DNA of 64,000 bases from an uncultured Sphingomonas sp. GTDB taxonomy: Bacteria > Pseudomonadota > Alphaproteobacteria > Sphingomonadales > Sphingomonadaceae. The notes under the pieces are model-generated. The model was not told the origin of the DNA and searched no databases. It saw only the letters and a list, made by a program, of their open reading frames with translations. Location of the stretch: assembly GCA_966186155.1 (NCBI GenBank), contig CBIFVW010000001.1:3543-67542 (forward strand), written 5' to 3'. The position numbers were made by a program, and so were the translations under genes. The first letter of the stretch is position 1, and each line of letters opens with the position of its first letter. Positions 34,883 through 45,520 of the stretch are shown here, one piece after another.

Positions 34883-36820
34883 ATGCTCAAATTCTTCCGG
34901 AACTTCACCAAGTCGCGCTACGGCCTGATCGCGGTGTTCATCTTCCTGGGCATCATCGCGCTCGCCTTCGCCGCGGGCGACGTGAGCGGCATCCGGGCGA
35001 TGGGCGGCGGCGGAAGCGGCGGCACGATCGCCAAGGTCGGAAGCCAGACGATCACCGACGCCCAGGTCCGCGAGCGGATCGACCGCTTCCTGCGCAGCCT
35101 GCAGCGCGAGGGCCAGAACGTCACGATGGAGCAGTTCCTCGCCCAGGGCGGGCTGGAGCTCGCGATCGACGAGATGATCAACGGCGCGGCCCTGGTCGAG
35201 TTCGCCCGGAATTCGGGCATGCAGGTCAGCAAGCGGCTGGTGGACGGCAACATCGCCAGCAATCCGAGCTTCTTCGGCCTCGACGGCAAGTTCAGCCAGC
35301 AGACCTTCGAGAAGCTGCTCGCCGACAACCGCTTCTCGCCCGCCGCCTATCGCGAGGGCCTGACCAACGATCAGTACGGGAATTGGCTGGTCAACCGCGG
35401 CACGATCGGCAACCAGGTGCCGAACGGCGTGGCCCTCCCCTATGCGTCGCTGGCGCTCGAGCGCCGCACCGGCATCGTCGGCATGGTCTCGACGATCGCG
35501 ATGGATCCGGGCGCCGATCCCGACGACAAGACGCTCACCGCCTATTACACCAGCCATCGCGCCCGCTACATGGTGCCGCAGCGCCGCGTCCTGCGCTACG
35601 CCACCGTCTCGCCCGAGGCGCTCAAGGCGCAGCACGCCGCGACCGAGGCCGAGATCACAGAAGTCTACAACAAGGCCGGCACCCGCTTCGCCGCCAAGGA
35701 GAAGCGCACGGTCCGCCAGCTCGTGCTGCTCGACCAGGCGACCGCCAACAAGGTCGCCGCCGAAGTGAAGGGCGGCAAGACGATCGCCGCCGCGGCCGCC
35801 GCCGCGGGACTCGAGCCGACCAATTTCGAAGGCGTCGAGAAGCCCGAGCTCGCGCGCCAGACCAGCGCCGGCATCGCCGACGCCGCCTTCGCCGCCGCGC
35901 AGGGCACGGTGGTCGGCCCGGTCAAGTCGCCGCTCGGCTGGCACCTGCTCCAGGTCGAGAAGGTCGAGAAGATCGCCGCGAAGACGCTCGCCCAGGCGCA
36001 TGACGAGCTCGCCGCCGAGATCACCCAGCGCAAGACCGCGCAGGCGCTGGCGGACCTTCGCCAGAGCCTCGACGACGGCATCGGCGACGGCAAGACCTTC
36101 GACGAGGCAGTGCGCGACGCCAAGCTGGCCGCGCAGGCCACCCCCGCGCTCACTCAGGCCGGCACCGATCCGGACAATGCCGCGTTCAAGCCCGATCCGG
36201 CGATGGTCGCGCTGATGCGCGCCGGCTTCACCTTCGAGGGCCCGGACGCCGATCCGCAGATCGTCCCCGTCTCGCAGGAAGGCGCGTTCGCGATCGTCAA
36301 GCTCGACCGAATCGTCGCCGCCGCACCGCGCCCCCTCGCTTCCATCCGCGATCGGGTGAAGGCCGACTATCTGGTCGACAAGGCGCTCGAGAAGGCGCGC
36401 GCGGCCGCGGCGCAGGTCGTCGCCGCGCTCGACAAGGGCGTGCCGATGCAGAAGGCGCTCGCGGATGCCGGGGTCACCAAGGGGCCGCCGCCCAAGCCGT
36501 TCGACTTCAAGCGCTCGGAGATCGGCGACAAGGAGAACTTCATCCGGATGGCGTTCAGCATGCAGCCCAAAAAGGCCAAGCTGATCGCCGCCGAGGACCG
36601 CAAGGGCTTCTACGTGGTCTATCTCGACCAGGTCGAGGAGCACAGCGCGGCCAATGATCCCGTCGCCATCGCGAACGTGCGCGCCGCGCTCCAGCAGCAG
36701 GCCGCACCCGAGCAGGTCCGCGAGTTCGTTCGCGCGATCCGGAGCGACGTGAAGGTGACCCGCAACGAAGAGGCGATCGCTCGCCTGCGCGCCGATCTGC
36801 AGCGCCAGGGCGTTCGCTGA
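34883..36820 (+). CDS. ppiD: PpiD-like periplasmic chaperone / peptidyl-prolyl isomerase (SurA N-terminal domain type)
   Basis: 645 aa. N-terminal anchor MLKFFRNFTKSRYGLIAVFIFLGIIALAFA. A parvulin-like region follows (VGPVKSPLGWHLLQVEKVE). The position between tpiA and trpE is conserved in alphaproteobacteria. Confidence 0.8.
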   Translation: MLKFFRNFTKSRYGLIAVFIFLGIIALAFAAGDVSGIRAMGGGGSGGTIAKVGSQTITDAQVRERIDRFLRSLQREGQNVTMEQFLAQGGLELAIDEMINGAALVEFARNSGMQVSKRLVDGNIASNPSFFGLDGKFSQQTFEKLLADNRFSPAAYREGLTNDQYGNWLVNRGTIGNQVPNGVALPYASLALERRTGIVGMVSTIAMDPGADPDDKTLTAYYTSHRARYMVPQRRVLRYATVSPEALKAQHAATEAEITEVYNKAGTRFAAKEKRTVRQLVLLDQATANKVAAEVKGGKTIAAAAAAAGLEPTNFEGVEKPELARQTSAGIADAAFAAAQGTVVGPVKSPLGWHLLQVEKVEKIAAKTLAQAHDELAAEITQRKTAQALADLRQSLDDGIGDGKTFDEAVRDAKLAAQATPALTQAGTDPDNAAFKPDPAMVALMRAGFTFEGPDADPQIVPVSQEGAFAIVKLDRIVAAAPRPLASIRDRVKADYLVDKALEKARAAAAQVVAALDKGVPMQKALADAGVTKGPPPKPFDFKRSEIGDKENFIRMAFSMQPKKAKLIAAEDRKGFYVVYLDQVEEHSAANDPVAIANVRAALQQQAAPEQVREFVRAIRSDVKVTRNEEAIARLRADLQRQGVR

Positions 36821-36824
36821 GGAC

Positions 36825-38312
36825 GTGGTCGAGGGGATCGAAGCCGCCCGCGCGGCGCTCGCCGCCGGGCGGCCGGCGCTGCTCTGGCGGCGCCAGATCG
36901 CCGATACCGAGACGCCGGTCGCCGCCGCGCTCAAGCTGATCGAGCCGGGCCGCGGCGACTTCCTGCTCGAATCGGTCGAAGGCGGCTCGGTCCGCGGCCG
37001 CCACAGCCTGATCGGCCTCGCCCCAGACCTGGTCTTCCGCGCGACCGGCAACGAGGCCGCGATCAACGCCGAATGGCTGACCGACCGGAAGGCCTTCCGC
37101 CCCTGCGCCGAGCCTGCGCTCGAGGCGCTGCGCGGCCTGGTGCGCGACTGCCGCATGGACGTGCCGCCCGAACTGCCGCGCGCGCTCGCCTGCCTTGTCG
37201 GCTATTTCAGCTACGAAACCGTGGGACTGGTCGAGCGTCTGCCCCGGCCGCCCGCCAACCCCGTCGGCGTGCCCGACATGATGTTCGTGCGGCCGACGGT
37301 GGTGCTGATCTTCGACCGGCTGGCCGACGCGCTCTTCCTCGTCGCGCCGGTCTGGCCGGGCGGCGATGTCGACCGCGCCGCCGAGCGGATCGACGCCGTG
37401 GCCGCGCAGCTCGCCACCGCCGCGCTCCCCGCTCCGGTCCGCGCCGCGCCGGAAAAGATAGATCTGGCCCCGGTGCTCCGCCCCGGCCGCTATGCCGAGA
37501 TGGTCGCTGCGGCAAAGGAGTATATCGCGGCGGGGGACATCTTCCAGGTCGTGCTCGCCCAGCGCTTCACCACACCCTTCGCCCTGCCGCCCTTCGAGCT
37601 CTATCGCGCGCTGCGACGGATCAACCCCTCGCCCTTTCTCTACCATCTCGACCTGCCGGGTTTCACGCTGACGGGTTCGAGCCCGGAGATCCTGGTCCGC
37701 GCGCGCGACGGCGAAGTGACGATCCGCCCGATCGCGGGCACCCGGCCACGCGGCAAGACCGCGGCGGAGGACGAGGAGAACCGCGCCAGCCTGCTCGCCG
37801 ATCCCAAGGAATGCGCCGAGCATTTGATGCTGCTCGATCTCGGCCGCAACGATGTCGGCCGGGTCGCGGAGGCCGGCAGCGTGCGCGTGACCGACAGCTA
37901 CACGGTCGAGTTCTACAGCCATGTCATGCACATCGTCTCGAACGTGGTCGGCCGGCTCGCGCCGGGGCAGGACGCGCTCGACGCGCTGTTCGCGGGCTTC
38001 CCCGCGGGCACGGTCAGTGGTGCGCCCAAGGTCCGCGCCTGCGAGATCATCGCCGAATTGGAGCCCGAGACGCGCGGGCCCTATGCGGGCGGCGTCGGCT
38101 ACTTCTCGCCCGACGGGTCGATGGACAGCTGCATCGTGCTCAGGACCGCGCTGGTCAAGGACGGAGTGATGCACGTCCAGGCCGGCGCCGGCATCGTCGC
38201 GGACAGCGACCCGGCCTATGAGCAGCGCGAGTGCGAGGCCAAGGCCGGAGCGTTGTTCGCGGCGGCGCGGGAGGCGATGCGCCAGGCGGGCGACGCGGGG
38301 TTCGGTCAGTAA
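36825..38312 (+). CDS. trpE: anthranilate synthase component I
   Basis: 495 aa, GTG start. Motifs: LLESVEGG, the chorismate-binding core GDIFQVVLAQRF, IAGTRPRG, GRYAGGVGYF. Confidence 0.95.
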   Translation: MVEGIEAARAALAAGRPALLWRRQIADTETPVAAALKLIEPGRGDFLLESVEGGSVRGRHSLIGLAPDLVFRATGNEAAINAEWLTDRKAFRPCAEPALEALRGLVRDCRMDVPPELPRALACLVGYFSYETVGLVERLPRPPANPVGVPDMMFVRPTVVLIFDRLADALFLVAPVWPGGDVDRAAERIDAVAAQLATAALPAPVRAAPEKIDLAPVLRPGRYAEMVAAAKEYIAAGDIFQVVLAQRFTTPFALPPFELYRALRRINPSPFLYHLDLPGFTLTGSSPEILVRARDGEVTIRPIAGTRPRGKTAAEDEENRASLLADPKECAEHLMLLDLGRNDVGRVAEAGSVRVTDSYTVEFYSHVMHIVSNVVGRLAPGQDALDALFAGFPAGTVSGAPKVRACEIIAELEPETRGPYAGGVGYFSPDGSMDSCIVLRTALVKDGVMHVQAGAGIVADSDPAYEQRECEAKAGALFAAAREAMRQAGDAGFGQ

Positions 38313-38316
38313 AGAC

Positions 38317-38348
38317 CCTCCCCAAGCTCGGCTCGGGGAGGATTTTTT
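38317..38348 (+). terminator. Rho-independent terminator after trpE
   Basis: CCTCCCCAAGC-tcg-GCTCGGGGAGG (one mismatch in the stem) is followed by ATTTTTT, 5 nt after the trpE stop. The stem motif CCTCCCC/GGGGAGG resembles the GC-rich repeat family. Confidence 0.8.
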
Positions 38349-38351
38349 ACC

Positions 38352-38768
38352 TCAAGGCACCTGCGACGCCTTGGCCTTGGCTTCGAGCCGCTCCTGATAC
38401 CAGCGCCGGATCATCTCCCGGGTACAGCCGGTCTGGCCGCCGGTGCCGACCGGCGAGCAGCTGTTGGGCAGGCCCGCGCGATTGACTTCCTCGACCGTCT
38501 CGACTCGGTTGGTCCAGGCCTGGGCACCCGGCTCTTCGCTCCGCTGGTTCCGGAATCGCTTGGGGATGCGATAGGGCGATTCGCCCGCATTGGCGCACAC
38601 CACGATCTCGTTGGGGTCCTCGGCCTTGGGGCATTGCTCGTCGCCATAGAGCAGGATGCTGCGCACGCGCTGGGGTGGGCCCTGGTTCGCGTCCTGGTCC
38701 TTCTTGCTGTCCTGGGCGATGGCGGGCCCGGCGAGCAGTGCCGCGGCGGCGAGCAATCGTACGATCAT
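38352..38768 (-). CDS. hypothetical secreted Cys-containing protein
   Basis: This is the real part of ORF 38352..39377. ATG at 38768 follows GAGGAG. Signal peptide [18 protein letters not shown]. 138 aa with 4 Cys. No family was recognised. Confidence 0.6.
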   Translation of the reverse strand: MIVRLLAAAALLAGPAIAQDSKKDQDANQGPPQRVRSILLYGDEQCPKAEDPNEIVVCANAGESPYRIPKRFRNQRSEEPGAQAWTNRVETVEEVNRAGLPNSCSPVGTGGQTGCTREMIRRWYQERLEAKAKASQVP

Positions 38769-38879
38769 CGAAACTCCTCGGGTCGAAACGCCCCTGTCGC
38801 CCCCGCGTCGCATCGCACTGTGGCAGGGCCAAGGCACGGCGGAGCTTGCGCCGCACGCACGCATCCCTAAGTCGGAGCG

Positions 38880-39635
38880 ATGATCCGGCTGCTCGCCGTC
38901 GCCGGCGCCCTCCTCCTGCTCGCCGCCTGCGGCCCCCGGACCCGCGACGGGATCGAGGAGGCGTGCAGCACGCTCCGGTTCGAGGGGACGCGCTTCACCG
39001 TGTGCAAGGCGCAGCCCGAGAAGCACGACCTGCTGCTCGTCGATCGTGGCCCGGACGGGCGGCCGATGCGCGACTTCATCGGGCTCGAGCCCCGGCTCGG
39101 CGAACGCTATCGCCGCATCGCCTTCGCGATGAACGCCGGGATGTTCGACGGCCGTGGCCTGCCGATCGGCTATTATGTCGAGGACGGCGCGCAGCAGATG
39201 CCGCTCAACCGCCGCGCCGGGCCCGGCAACTTCCATCTCCTGCCCAATGGCGTCTTCTGGGGCGACGCGCAGGGCTGGCACGTCGCCGCGACCGACGATT
39301 TCGCCGCGCGCAAGCCGCCGCATGTCCGCTTCGCGACTCAATCGGGCCCGATGCTGCTGATCGACGGCGCGCTCCATCCGAGGATCGCCGAGAACGGCGA
39401 ATCGCTGCAGGTCCGCAACGCGGTCGGAGTCGGGCTCGACGGCGCCGCCTGGTTCGCGATCAGCGACGAGCCGGTGTCGTTCGGCCGCTTCGCCCGCCTC
39501 TTCCGCGACCGGCTCGCCTGCCCCGACGCACTCTATCTCGACGGCGCGGTGTCGCGGCTCTGGGATCCCGTCGGCAGCCGGCTCGACGGCGGCCCGCCGA
39601 TCGGGCCGATTGTAGTCGCGCTCCAGAAGCGATAG
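38880..39635 (+). CDS. phosphodiester glycosidase family (DUF2233) lipoprotein
   Basis: 251 aa. Lipobox [16 protein letters not shown]...[10 protein letters not shown]...[12 protein letters not shown]...RNAVGV...ALYLDGAVS matches DUF2233. Confidence 0.75.
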   Translation: MIRLLAVAGALLLLAACGPRTRDGIEEACSTLRFEGTRFTVCKAQPEKHDLLLVDRGPDGRPMRDFIGLEPRLGERYRRIAFAMNAGMFDGRGLPIGYYVEDGAQQMPLNRRAGPGNFHLLPNGVFWGDAQGWHVAATDDFAARKPPHVRFATQSGPMLLIDGALHPRIAENGESLQVRNAVGVGLDGAAWFAISDEPVSFGRFARLFRDRLACPDALYLDGAVSRLWDPVGSRLDGGPPIGPIVVALQKR

Positions 39636-39646
39636 CGGGCGGCATC

Positions 39647-40231
39647 ATGATCCTCGTCATCGACAATTACGACAGCTTCACCTGGAACCTGGTCCATTAT
39701 CTGATGGAGCTGGGCGCCGAAGTGCAGGTGGTGCGCAACGACGCGCTCTCCGCACGCGACGCGATCGCGAGCAACGCCCAGGCCTTCCTGATCTCGCCCG
39801 GCCCCTGCACTCCCAACGAGGCGGGGATCAGCCTCGATCTCGTCGCGGCCTGCGCGGATCTCGGCAAGCCGCTGCTCGGCGTCTGCCTCGGCCACCAGGC
39901 GATCGGCCAGCATTTCGGTGGGCAGGTCGTGCGCGGCGGGCTGATGCACGGCAAGACCTCGCCGGTCGAGCATGACGGCACCGGGCTGTTCGCCGGGCTC
40001 CCCTCGCCCTTCACCGCGACGCGCTACCATTCGCTGATCGTGACCGACATTCCCGAGGACCTCGTCGTCAACGCCACCGCCGCCGACGCGTCGGTGATGG
40101 GCTTCCGGCACGCCAGGCTGCCGATCCACGGCGTCCAGTTCCACCCCGAGAGCATCGCCACCGAGCATGGCCATGCGATGCTGGCCAACTTCCTGCGAAT
40201 CGCCGGGATCGAGGTCCGCGCGCTGGCTTGA
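39647..40231 (+). CDS. trpG: anthranilate synthase component II (glutamine amidotransferase)
   Basis: ATG at 39647. [19 protein letters not shown], the catalytic block [10 protein letters not shown], and HGVQFHPES. Confidence 0.95.
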   Translation: MILVIDNYDSFTWNLVHYLMELGAEVQVVRNDALSARDAIASNAQAFLISPGPCTPNEAGISLDLVAACADLGKPLLGVCLGHQAIGQHFGGQVVRGGLMHGKTSPVEHDGTGLFAGLPSPFTATRYHSLIVTDIPEDLVVNATAADASVMGFRHARLPIHGVQFHPESIATEHGHAMLANFLRIAGIEVRALA

Positions 40232-40291
40232 GGGTCCCGCGTAGCCGCGGAAATGCGGCGAACCGCTCGCGGTGGTTAGCCGGTCTTGTAA

Positions 40292-40711
40292 TCAACAGGG
40301 GCCGTGCCAGAAAACGCCCGAACTCGCCTCCCAATAGCATTCTTGCAGCATGGGCAGCTCTCGCTTGTCTCCGCGAGGGACCTGGTACCCCCAGCCGCCA
40401 TCGAAATCGCGCTTCACGCTGATATCGACTCCCCATCGATGAACGGTCACGTGCCAGGGTTGCAGTTTCGCGATTTCAGGGGGCCATGCTCCTTCGGGTA
40501 TTACAGCCCAAGTCCGCGGTGTCTTGATCGGATAGGCCGCCATCAGTTCGTGCGCCTCGGCTCTGACCTTGCGCAGCGCAGCATCGTTGGAGGTCGGACC
40601 GATGCAGCTGAAAGGCAGCGCAAATATCGAAAGAAAAGCGACCGCGGCACTCCTGCCCAGGCATCCTCGCCCCTCTTCAGGCGATAGTTCGGCAGCGCCA
40701 GGTCCAACCAT
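40292..40711 (-). CDS. hypothetical protein in a lower-GC patch (start uncertain; the ORF is open to 40765)
   Basis: ORF 40292..40765. A possible start at Met19 (40711) gives a signal-like segment AAVAFLSIFALPFSC. No family was recognised. Local GC is about 58-63 % versus about 70 % in flanking genes (hand count of sample lines). Confidence 0.4.
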   Translation of the reverse strand: MVGPGAAELSPEEGRGCLGRSAAVAFLSIFALPFSCIGPTSNDAALRKVRAEAHELMAAYPIKTPRTWAVIPEGAWPPEIAKLQPWHVTVHRWGVDISVKRDFDGGWGYQVPRGDKRELPMLQECYWEASSGVFWHGPC

Positions 40712-40825
40712 CCCGGAAACTTGATCGACATCGCCAACTTCCGCAACTGAGACGAAGCAGCCCATTCCGGTGCCGGTTCACGACCTGGGGATGACGGCTA
40801 GGCCCGGGCACGTTAGCCTTGCCGG

Positions 40826-42361
40826 ATGAGCTTCTTCGAGAGCCTCGTCGCGCTGCTGCTGCTCGCCGTCGTGCTGCTCCAGGTCGCGCGGCGGACGCCG
40901 ATCCCCTATCCGACGATGCTCGCCGCCGCGGGCGTGATCGTCGCGCTGGTGCCCGGGGCGCCCTCGATCGCGCTCGAAGGCCATACCGCGCTCGCGCTGT
41001 TCATCGCCCCGGTGCTGCTCGACGCCGCGTTCGACTTCCCGCTCGCCGCGATCCGCCGGCTGTGGCGCCCGCTGGTCGCGCTGGCGATCGTCGCGGTGCT
41101 GCTCACCACCGCGGTGGTCGCCTGGATCGGCTGGGCGTTCGCCGGGCTGCCGATCGCCGCCGCGGTCGCGCTCGGCGCGATCGTCGCCCCGCCCGATGCC
41201 GCCGCGGCGACCACCGTGCTCCAGTCCGCCTCGCTCCCGCGCCGCACGGCGCAGGTGCTCACCGGCGAGAGCCTGCTCAACGACGCCTCGGCGCTGCTGC
41301 TGTTCGGCGCCGCCGTGGCGGTGCAGAGCCATGGCGGGATCGACGGCGGCGTCGCGGTTCGGCTCGGCCTCGCGGTTCCCGGCGGCGTGGCGCTCGGCCT
41401 GTTCCTCGGCTGGGCGATGGGCCATGTCCTGCCCTTCACGCGGGGTTCGTTCGGTGGCAATCTGTTCGAGTTCGTCAACACCTTCCTCGCCTGGATCATC
41501 GCCGAGCGGCTCGGCCTCTCCGCCGTGCTCTGCGTGGTCACCATGGCGATGTACGTCGCCAATTCGCCGCGCGTGGAGATCACCGCGCGCAACCGCGTCC
41601 AGTCCTTCGCGGTCTGGGGTGTGGCGGTGTTCGTGCTCAACGTCGTCGCCTTCCTGCTGATGGGGATGCAGGCGCGCCAGATCGTCGCGGGCATGAGCCC
41701 CGAGCGGCTGCGCGAGGCGGTGGGCTTCGCGGGCCTCGTCGTGCTCGCCGTGATCGCCACGCGCATGGCCTGGGTGCTGCTGTACAACCTGCTCGCGCGC
41801 CGCTTCGCGGTGCTGCGCGGCGGCGTGAAGCCCTCCACGCTCGCCCAGGGCATCGTCGTCGGCTGGTGCGGCATGCGCGGCCTCGTCACCCTCGCCACTG
41901 CCTTCGCGCTTCCCGGCGACTTCCCGCAGCGCGACCTGATCGTGCTCACTGCCTTCGCCGTCGTGCTCGCCACGCTCGTGCTCCAGGGGCTGACGCTGTC
42001 GCCGCTCATCCGCTGGCTCGGTCTCGCCGGGGCGCACGATCCCGAGGCCGAGCTTGCCAAGGCCCGCCGTGCGCTCGCCGAGGCGGCGCTCGCCCGCCTC
42101 GGTGGCGAGACGGGCCGCGTCGCCGACGAAGTGCGGCGCCACTTCGAGGTCGACCGCGTCGCGGTCGACGGCGACTGCGGCGACTATGACGAACGCCAGC
42201 GCCTCAAGCTCGCCGTCTATGCCGCCCAGCGCGCGCGCCTGCGCCAGCTGCGCGACGCCGACGCGATCGGCCAGGAGGAATATGAGCTGCTCGAGGAGGA
42301 GCTCGACTGGCGCGAGCTCGCCATCGGCCCCGACGGCCGGAGGCTGATCGAGCAGGGCTGA
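40826..42361 (+). CDS. CPA1-family Na+/H+ antiporter (NhaP type) with a cytoplasmic C-terminal tail
   Basis: 511 aa. APPDAAAATTVLQSASLPRRTAQVLTGESLLNDASALLLF is the conserved CPA1 block. Confidence 0.85.
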   Translation: MSFFESLVALLLLAVVLLQVARRTPIPYPTMLAAAGVIVALVPGAPSIALEGHTALALFIAPVLLDAAFDFPLAAIRRLWRPLVALAIVAVLLTTAVVAWIGWAFAGLPIAAAVALGAIVAPPDAAAATTVLQSASLPRRTAQVLTGESLLNDASALLLFGAAVAVQSHGGIDGGVAVRLGLAVPGGVALGLFLGWAMGHVLPFTRGSFGGNLFEFVNTFLAWIIAERLGLSAVLCVVTMAMYVANSPRVEITARNRVQSFAVWGVAVFVLNVVAFLLMGMQARQIVAGMSPERLREAVGFAGLVVLAVIATRMAWVLLYNLLARRFAVLRGGVKPSTLAQGIVVGWCGMRGLVTLATAFALPGDFPQRDLIVLTAFAVVLATLVLQGLTLSPLIRWLGLAGAHDPEAELAKARRALAEAALARLGGETGRVADEVRRHFEVDRVAVDGDCGDYDERQRLKLAVYAAQRARLRQLRDADAIGQEEYELLEEELDWRELAIGPDGRRLIEQG

Positions 42362-42424
42362 TCCGGCCTGGACCGACGCCGCACGCAGGTGTATTAGTCA
42401 AATAATACAATGGAGGGAATCGCG

Positions 42425-43162
42425 ATGCTGCGTGCCTCGGGCCTTGCCTTCGCCCTGCTCTGCTCGCCCGCCGCCGCGCAGACCGGATCCGCCGAGCAGG
42501 CGGTGCGCGAGGCCGATGCCGCCTTCTGGCGCGCCTTCAACGCCTGCGACGCCGCGGCCATGGCGCCCTTCTTCGCCGAAGGCGTCGAGTTCTACCACGA
42601 CATCACCGGCCTCACCCGCACCCGCGCGGCGGTGGTCGAATCGCTGGCGAAGGGGCCCTGCGGCACGCCGGGCCTCCATATGCGCCGCGAGCTTGCCGCG
42701 GACAGCGTCCGCTTCGAGCCCGTCCCCGGCTATGGCGCGATCCTCTCGGGCGAGCATCTCTTCTACGCGCGCCAGGACGACGGCCCCGAAAGGCTGGCCA
42801 CCCGCGCCCGCTTCGTCGTGATCTGGCACCTCGACGGCGGCCGCTGGCGGATGACCCGGGTGATCAGCGACGCGCACGAGCCGGTCGCCTATCGCCCGCC
42901 CGCCCCCGGCCTGACGATCCCGCAGGAGGTCCTGCGGCGTTATGTCGGCCATTATCGCACCGATGCCGGAGACCTCGACGTCACGCTCGAATCCGGCACG
43001 CTGGTCGTCCGCTCGGGCAATCTGCGTGTCACGCTCGCCGCGAGCGCCCCTGGCCGCTTCTTCGCGCTCGAGCGCGACCTGCGCTTCACCTTCGATGCGG
43101 CCGGCATCGCGATCGAGGAGAATGGCAGGACCGTGGCTCGCGGACCGCGCGCCGCGCCCTGA
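42425..43162 (+). CDS. secreted SnoaL/NTF2-like (DUF4440-type) protein with an extra C-terminal domain
   Basis: ATG at 42425 lies 7 nt after GGAGGGAA. There is a signal peptide. AEQAVREADAAFWRAFNACDAAAMAPFFAEGVEFYHD is typical of DUF4440/SnoaL-like domains. Confidence 0.6.
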   Translation: MLRASGLAFALLCSPAAAQTGSAEQAVREADAAFWRAFNACDAAAMAPFFAEGVEFYHDITGLTRTRAAVVESLAKGPCGTPGLHMRRELAADSVRFEPVPGYGAILSGEHLFYARQDDGPERLATRARFVVIWHLDGGRWRMTRVISDAHEPVAYRPPAPGLTIPQEVLRRYVGHYRTDAGDLDVTLESGTLVVRSGNLRVTLAASAPGRFFALERDLRFTFDAAGIAIEENGRTVARGPRAAP

Positions 43163-43225
43163 GCTTCACGCCACCCGCAGCAGGATTTGCTCGACTCGCG
43201 CCGCGCTCCCCGGAATAGAGGCCGC

Positions 43226-44221
43226 GTGACCGTCTCCGCCCTCCTCCCCGATCCTGCGACGCCGCTCAGCCGCGAGAGCGCTGCGCAGGCGTTCGCCGAC
43301 ATTCTCGACGGCACCGTGCCCGAGGACGCGATCGAGGCCTTCCTGATCGCGCTGTCGATCCGCGGCGAGACCAGCATCGAGATCGCCGAGGCCGCGCGCG
43401 CGATGCGCACTCGGCTGGTCCCGGTCACTGCCCCGCCGGGCGCTATCGACGTATGCGGCACCGGCGGCGACGGGCACCACACGCTCAACGTCTCGACCGC
43501 GGTGAGCCTGGTCGTCGCCGCGGCCGGCGTGCCGGTCGCCAAGCACGGCAACCGCGCCGCCTCGTCCAAATCGGGCGCCGCCGACACGCTCGAGGCCTTG
43601 GGCCTCGACCTCGACCGCGCCGCCGCGCGCGCCGAGGAATCGCTCCACGAGCTCGGCATCGCCTTCCTCTTCGCGCAGCATCATCATCCGGCGCTCGCGC
43701 GCATCGGCCCGCTGCGCCGCCGCATCGGCCGCCGGACGATCTTCAACCTGATGGGCCCGCTGGCCAACCCCGCCCGCGTCACGCGCCAGCTGATCGGCAT
43801 CGCCCGGCCCGACTACGCCCCGATCTATGCCGAGGCGCTCGCGCAGCTCGGCGCCGAGGCGGCCGCGGTGGTCTCGGGCGAGGAGGGGCTCGACGAGCTC
43901 TCGACCGAGCGCGCCAGCGTCGTGGTCAATGTCGGCTGCGCGGGATTGCCCGCGCGGCTCGTGCCCGAGGACGCCGGCCTCGCCCGCCACCCGCTGTCGG
44001 CGATCCGCGGCGGCGGGCCGGAGGAGAATGCGTTGGCGCTGCGCCGCCTGCTCCAGGGCGCGCCGGGCGCCTATCGCGACGCGGTGCTGCTCAACGCCGC
44101 CGCCGCGCTGATGGTCGCGGGCCGCGCCGGCGATCTTCGCGAGGGCGCCGAGGAAGCAGCCGAAGTGATCGACAACGGCCTTGCCAACGCGCTGCTCGAC
44201 TGCTGGATCGCGTTCGCATGA
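43226..44221 (+). CDS. trpD: anthranilate phosphoribosyltransferase
   Basis: I prefer the GTG at 43226 (a TTG at 43187 is possible). Motifs: [50 protein letters not shown]. Confidence 0.93.
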   Translation: MTVSALLPDPATPLSRESAAQAFADILDGTVPEDAIEAFLIALSIRGETSIEIAEAARAMRTRLVPVTAPPGAIDVCGTGGDGHHTLNVSTAVSLVVAAAGVPVAKHGNRAASSKSGAADTLEALGLDLDRAAARAEESLHELGIAFLFAQHHHPALARIGPLRRRIGRRTIFNLMGPLANPARVTRQLIGIARPDYAPIYAEALAQLGAEAAAVVSGEEGLDELSTERASVVVNVGCAGLPARLVPEDAGLARHPLSAIRGGGPEENALALRRLLQGAPGAYRDAVLLNAAAALMVAGRAGDLREGAEEAAEVIDNGLANALLDCWIAFA

Positions 44222-44988
44222 CCACGATCCTCGACAAGATCCTCGAGACCAAGCGCGCCGAGGTCGCCGCGCGCCGCGCCGCGCCGGTCGAGCGTGCGGA
44301 GCCCAGCGCGCCGCGCGGCTTCAAGGCCGCGCTCGACGCCAGGACGGCCGCAGGCGGCTATGGCCTGATCGCGGAGATCAAGAAGGCGAGCCCGTCCAAG
44401 GGCCTGATCCGCCCGGACTTCGATCCGCCCGCCCATGCCCGCGCCTATGCGGCCGGCGGCGCGGCCTGCCTGTCGGTGCTGACCGACCAGGAATATTTCC
44501 AGGGCCATGAGGAATATCTGGTCGCCGCCCGCGCCGCCTGCGCGCTGCCGGTGCTGCGCAAGGACTTCATGGTCGATCCCTGGCAGGTGGTCGAATCGCG
44601 CGCGATCGGCGCCGATGCGATCCTGATCATCGTCGCCGCGCTCGACGACGGCCGGATGGCCGAGATCGAGGCCGCGGCGATCGAGCAGGGCATGGACGTG
44701 CTGGTCGAGGTCCATGACGCGCACGAGCTCGAGCGGGCGCTCAAGCTCCGATCGCGCCTGATCGGCGTGAACAACCGCAATCTCAAGACCTTCGAGGTCG
44801 ATCTCCACAAGACCTACGAGCTCGTCCGCCACGCCCCGAAGGACTGCACCTTCGTCGCCGAGTCCGGCCTCGCCACTCGCGCCGACCTCGACGCCATGGC
44901 GGAGCACGGCGTCCGCTGCTTCCTGATCGGCGAGTCGCTGATGCGCCAGGACGATGTCGAGGCGGCGACGCGGAGGCTTTTGGGATGA
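44218..44988 (+). CDS. trpC: indole-3-glycerol-phosphate synthase
   Basis: ATGA overlap with trpD. Motifs: [48 protein letters not shown]. Confidence 0.95.
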   Translation: MTTILDKILETKRAEVAARRAAPVERAEPSAPRGFKAALDARTAAGGYGLIAEIKKASPSKGLIRPDFDPPAHARAYAAGGAACLSVLTDQEYFQGHEEYLVAARAACALPVLRKDFMVDPWQVVESRAIGADAILIIVAALDDGRMAEIEAAAIEQGMDVLVEVHDAHELERALKLRSRLIGVNNRNLKTFEVDLHKTYELVRHAPKDCTFVAESGLATRADLDAMAEHGVRCFLIGESLMRQDDVEAATRRLLG

Positions 44989-45452
44989 CCGGCCTCACCC
45001 ATATCGACGAGACCGGCGCGGCGCGCATGGTCGACGTCGCGGGCAAGCCCGTCACCGCGCGCGAGGCGGTCGCCACCGGCCGCATCGCCATGTCGCGCGA
45101 AGCCGCCGCCGCGATCCGCGAAGGCAGCGTCAAGAAGGGCGACGTCCTCGCCGCCGCGCGCATCGCGGGGATCATGGCGGCGAAGAAGACCGCCGAGCTG
45201 ATCCCGCTCTGCCATCCGCTGCCGCTCTCGCGCGTGGAAGTGCATCTCGCTCCCGACGAGACCGGCGTCACCGTCACCGCCACCGTCGCGACCGAGGCGC
45301 AGACCGGCGTCGAGATGGAAGCGCTCACCGCGGTCGGCGTCGCGCTCCTCACGCTCTACGACATGGCGAAGGCGCTCGATAAGGCGATGACCATCGGCGA
45401 GATCCGCCTCCTTTCCAAAAAGGGCGGGAAATCGGGCGACTGGACCGCCTGA
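44985..45452 (+). CDS. moaC: cyclic pyranopterin monophosphate synthase MoaC
   Basis: ATGA overlap with trpC. 155 aa. Motifs: [62 protein letters not shown]. Confidence 0.95.
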   Translation: MTGLTHIDETGAARMVDVAGKPVTAREAVATGRIAMSREAAAAIREGSVKKGDVLAAARIAGIMAAKKTAELIPLCHPLPLSRVEVHLAPDETGVTVTATVATEAQTGVEMEALTAVGVALLTLYDMAKALDKAMTIGEIRLLSKKGGKSGDWTA

Positions 45453-45460
45453 TCGGGCAA

Positions 45461-45485
45461 GGAACGCGCGCGCCCTCCCGCCGTT
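45461..45485 (+). promoter_or_regulatory. EcfG/SigT-type (general stress response ECF sigma) promoter candidate
   Basis: GGAAC (45461..45465), a 16-nt spacer, then CGTT (45482..45485). This is an exact match to GGAAC-N16-17-CGTT. It lies 9 nt after the moaC stop and about 36 nt upstream of the next start codon. Confidence 0.5.
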
Positions 45486-45520
45486 TGTCCGCTGTCGTCA
45501 CAGGTCATGAGGTCAGCGAA

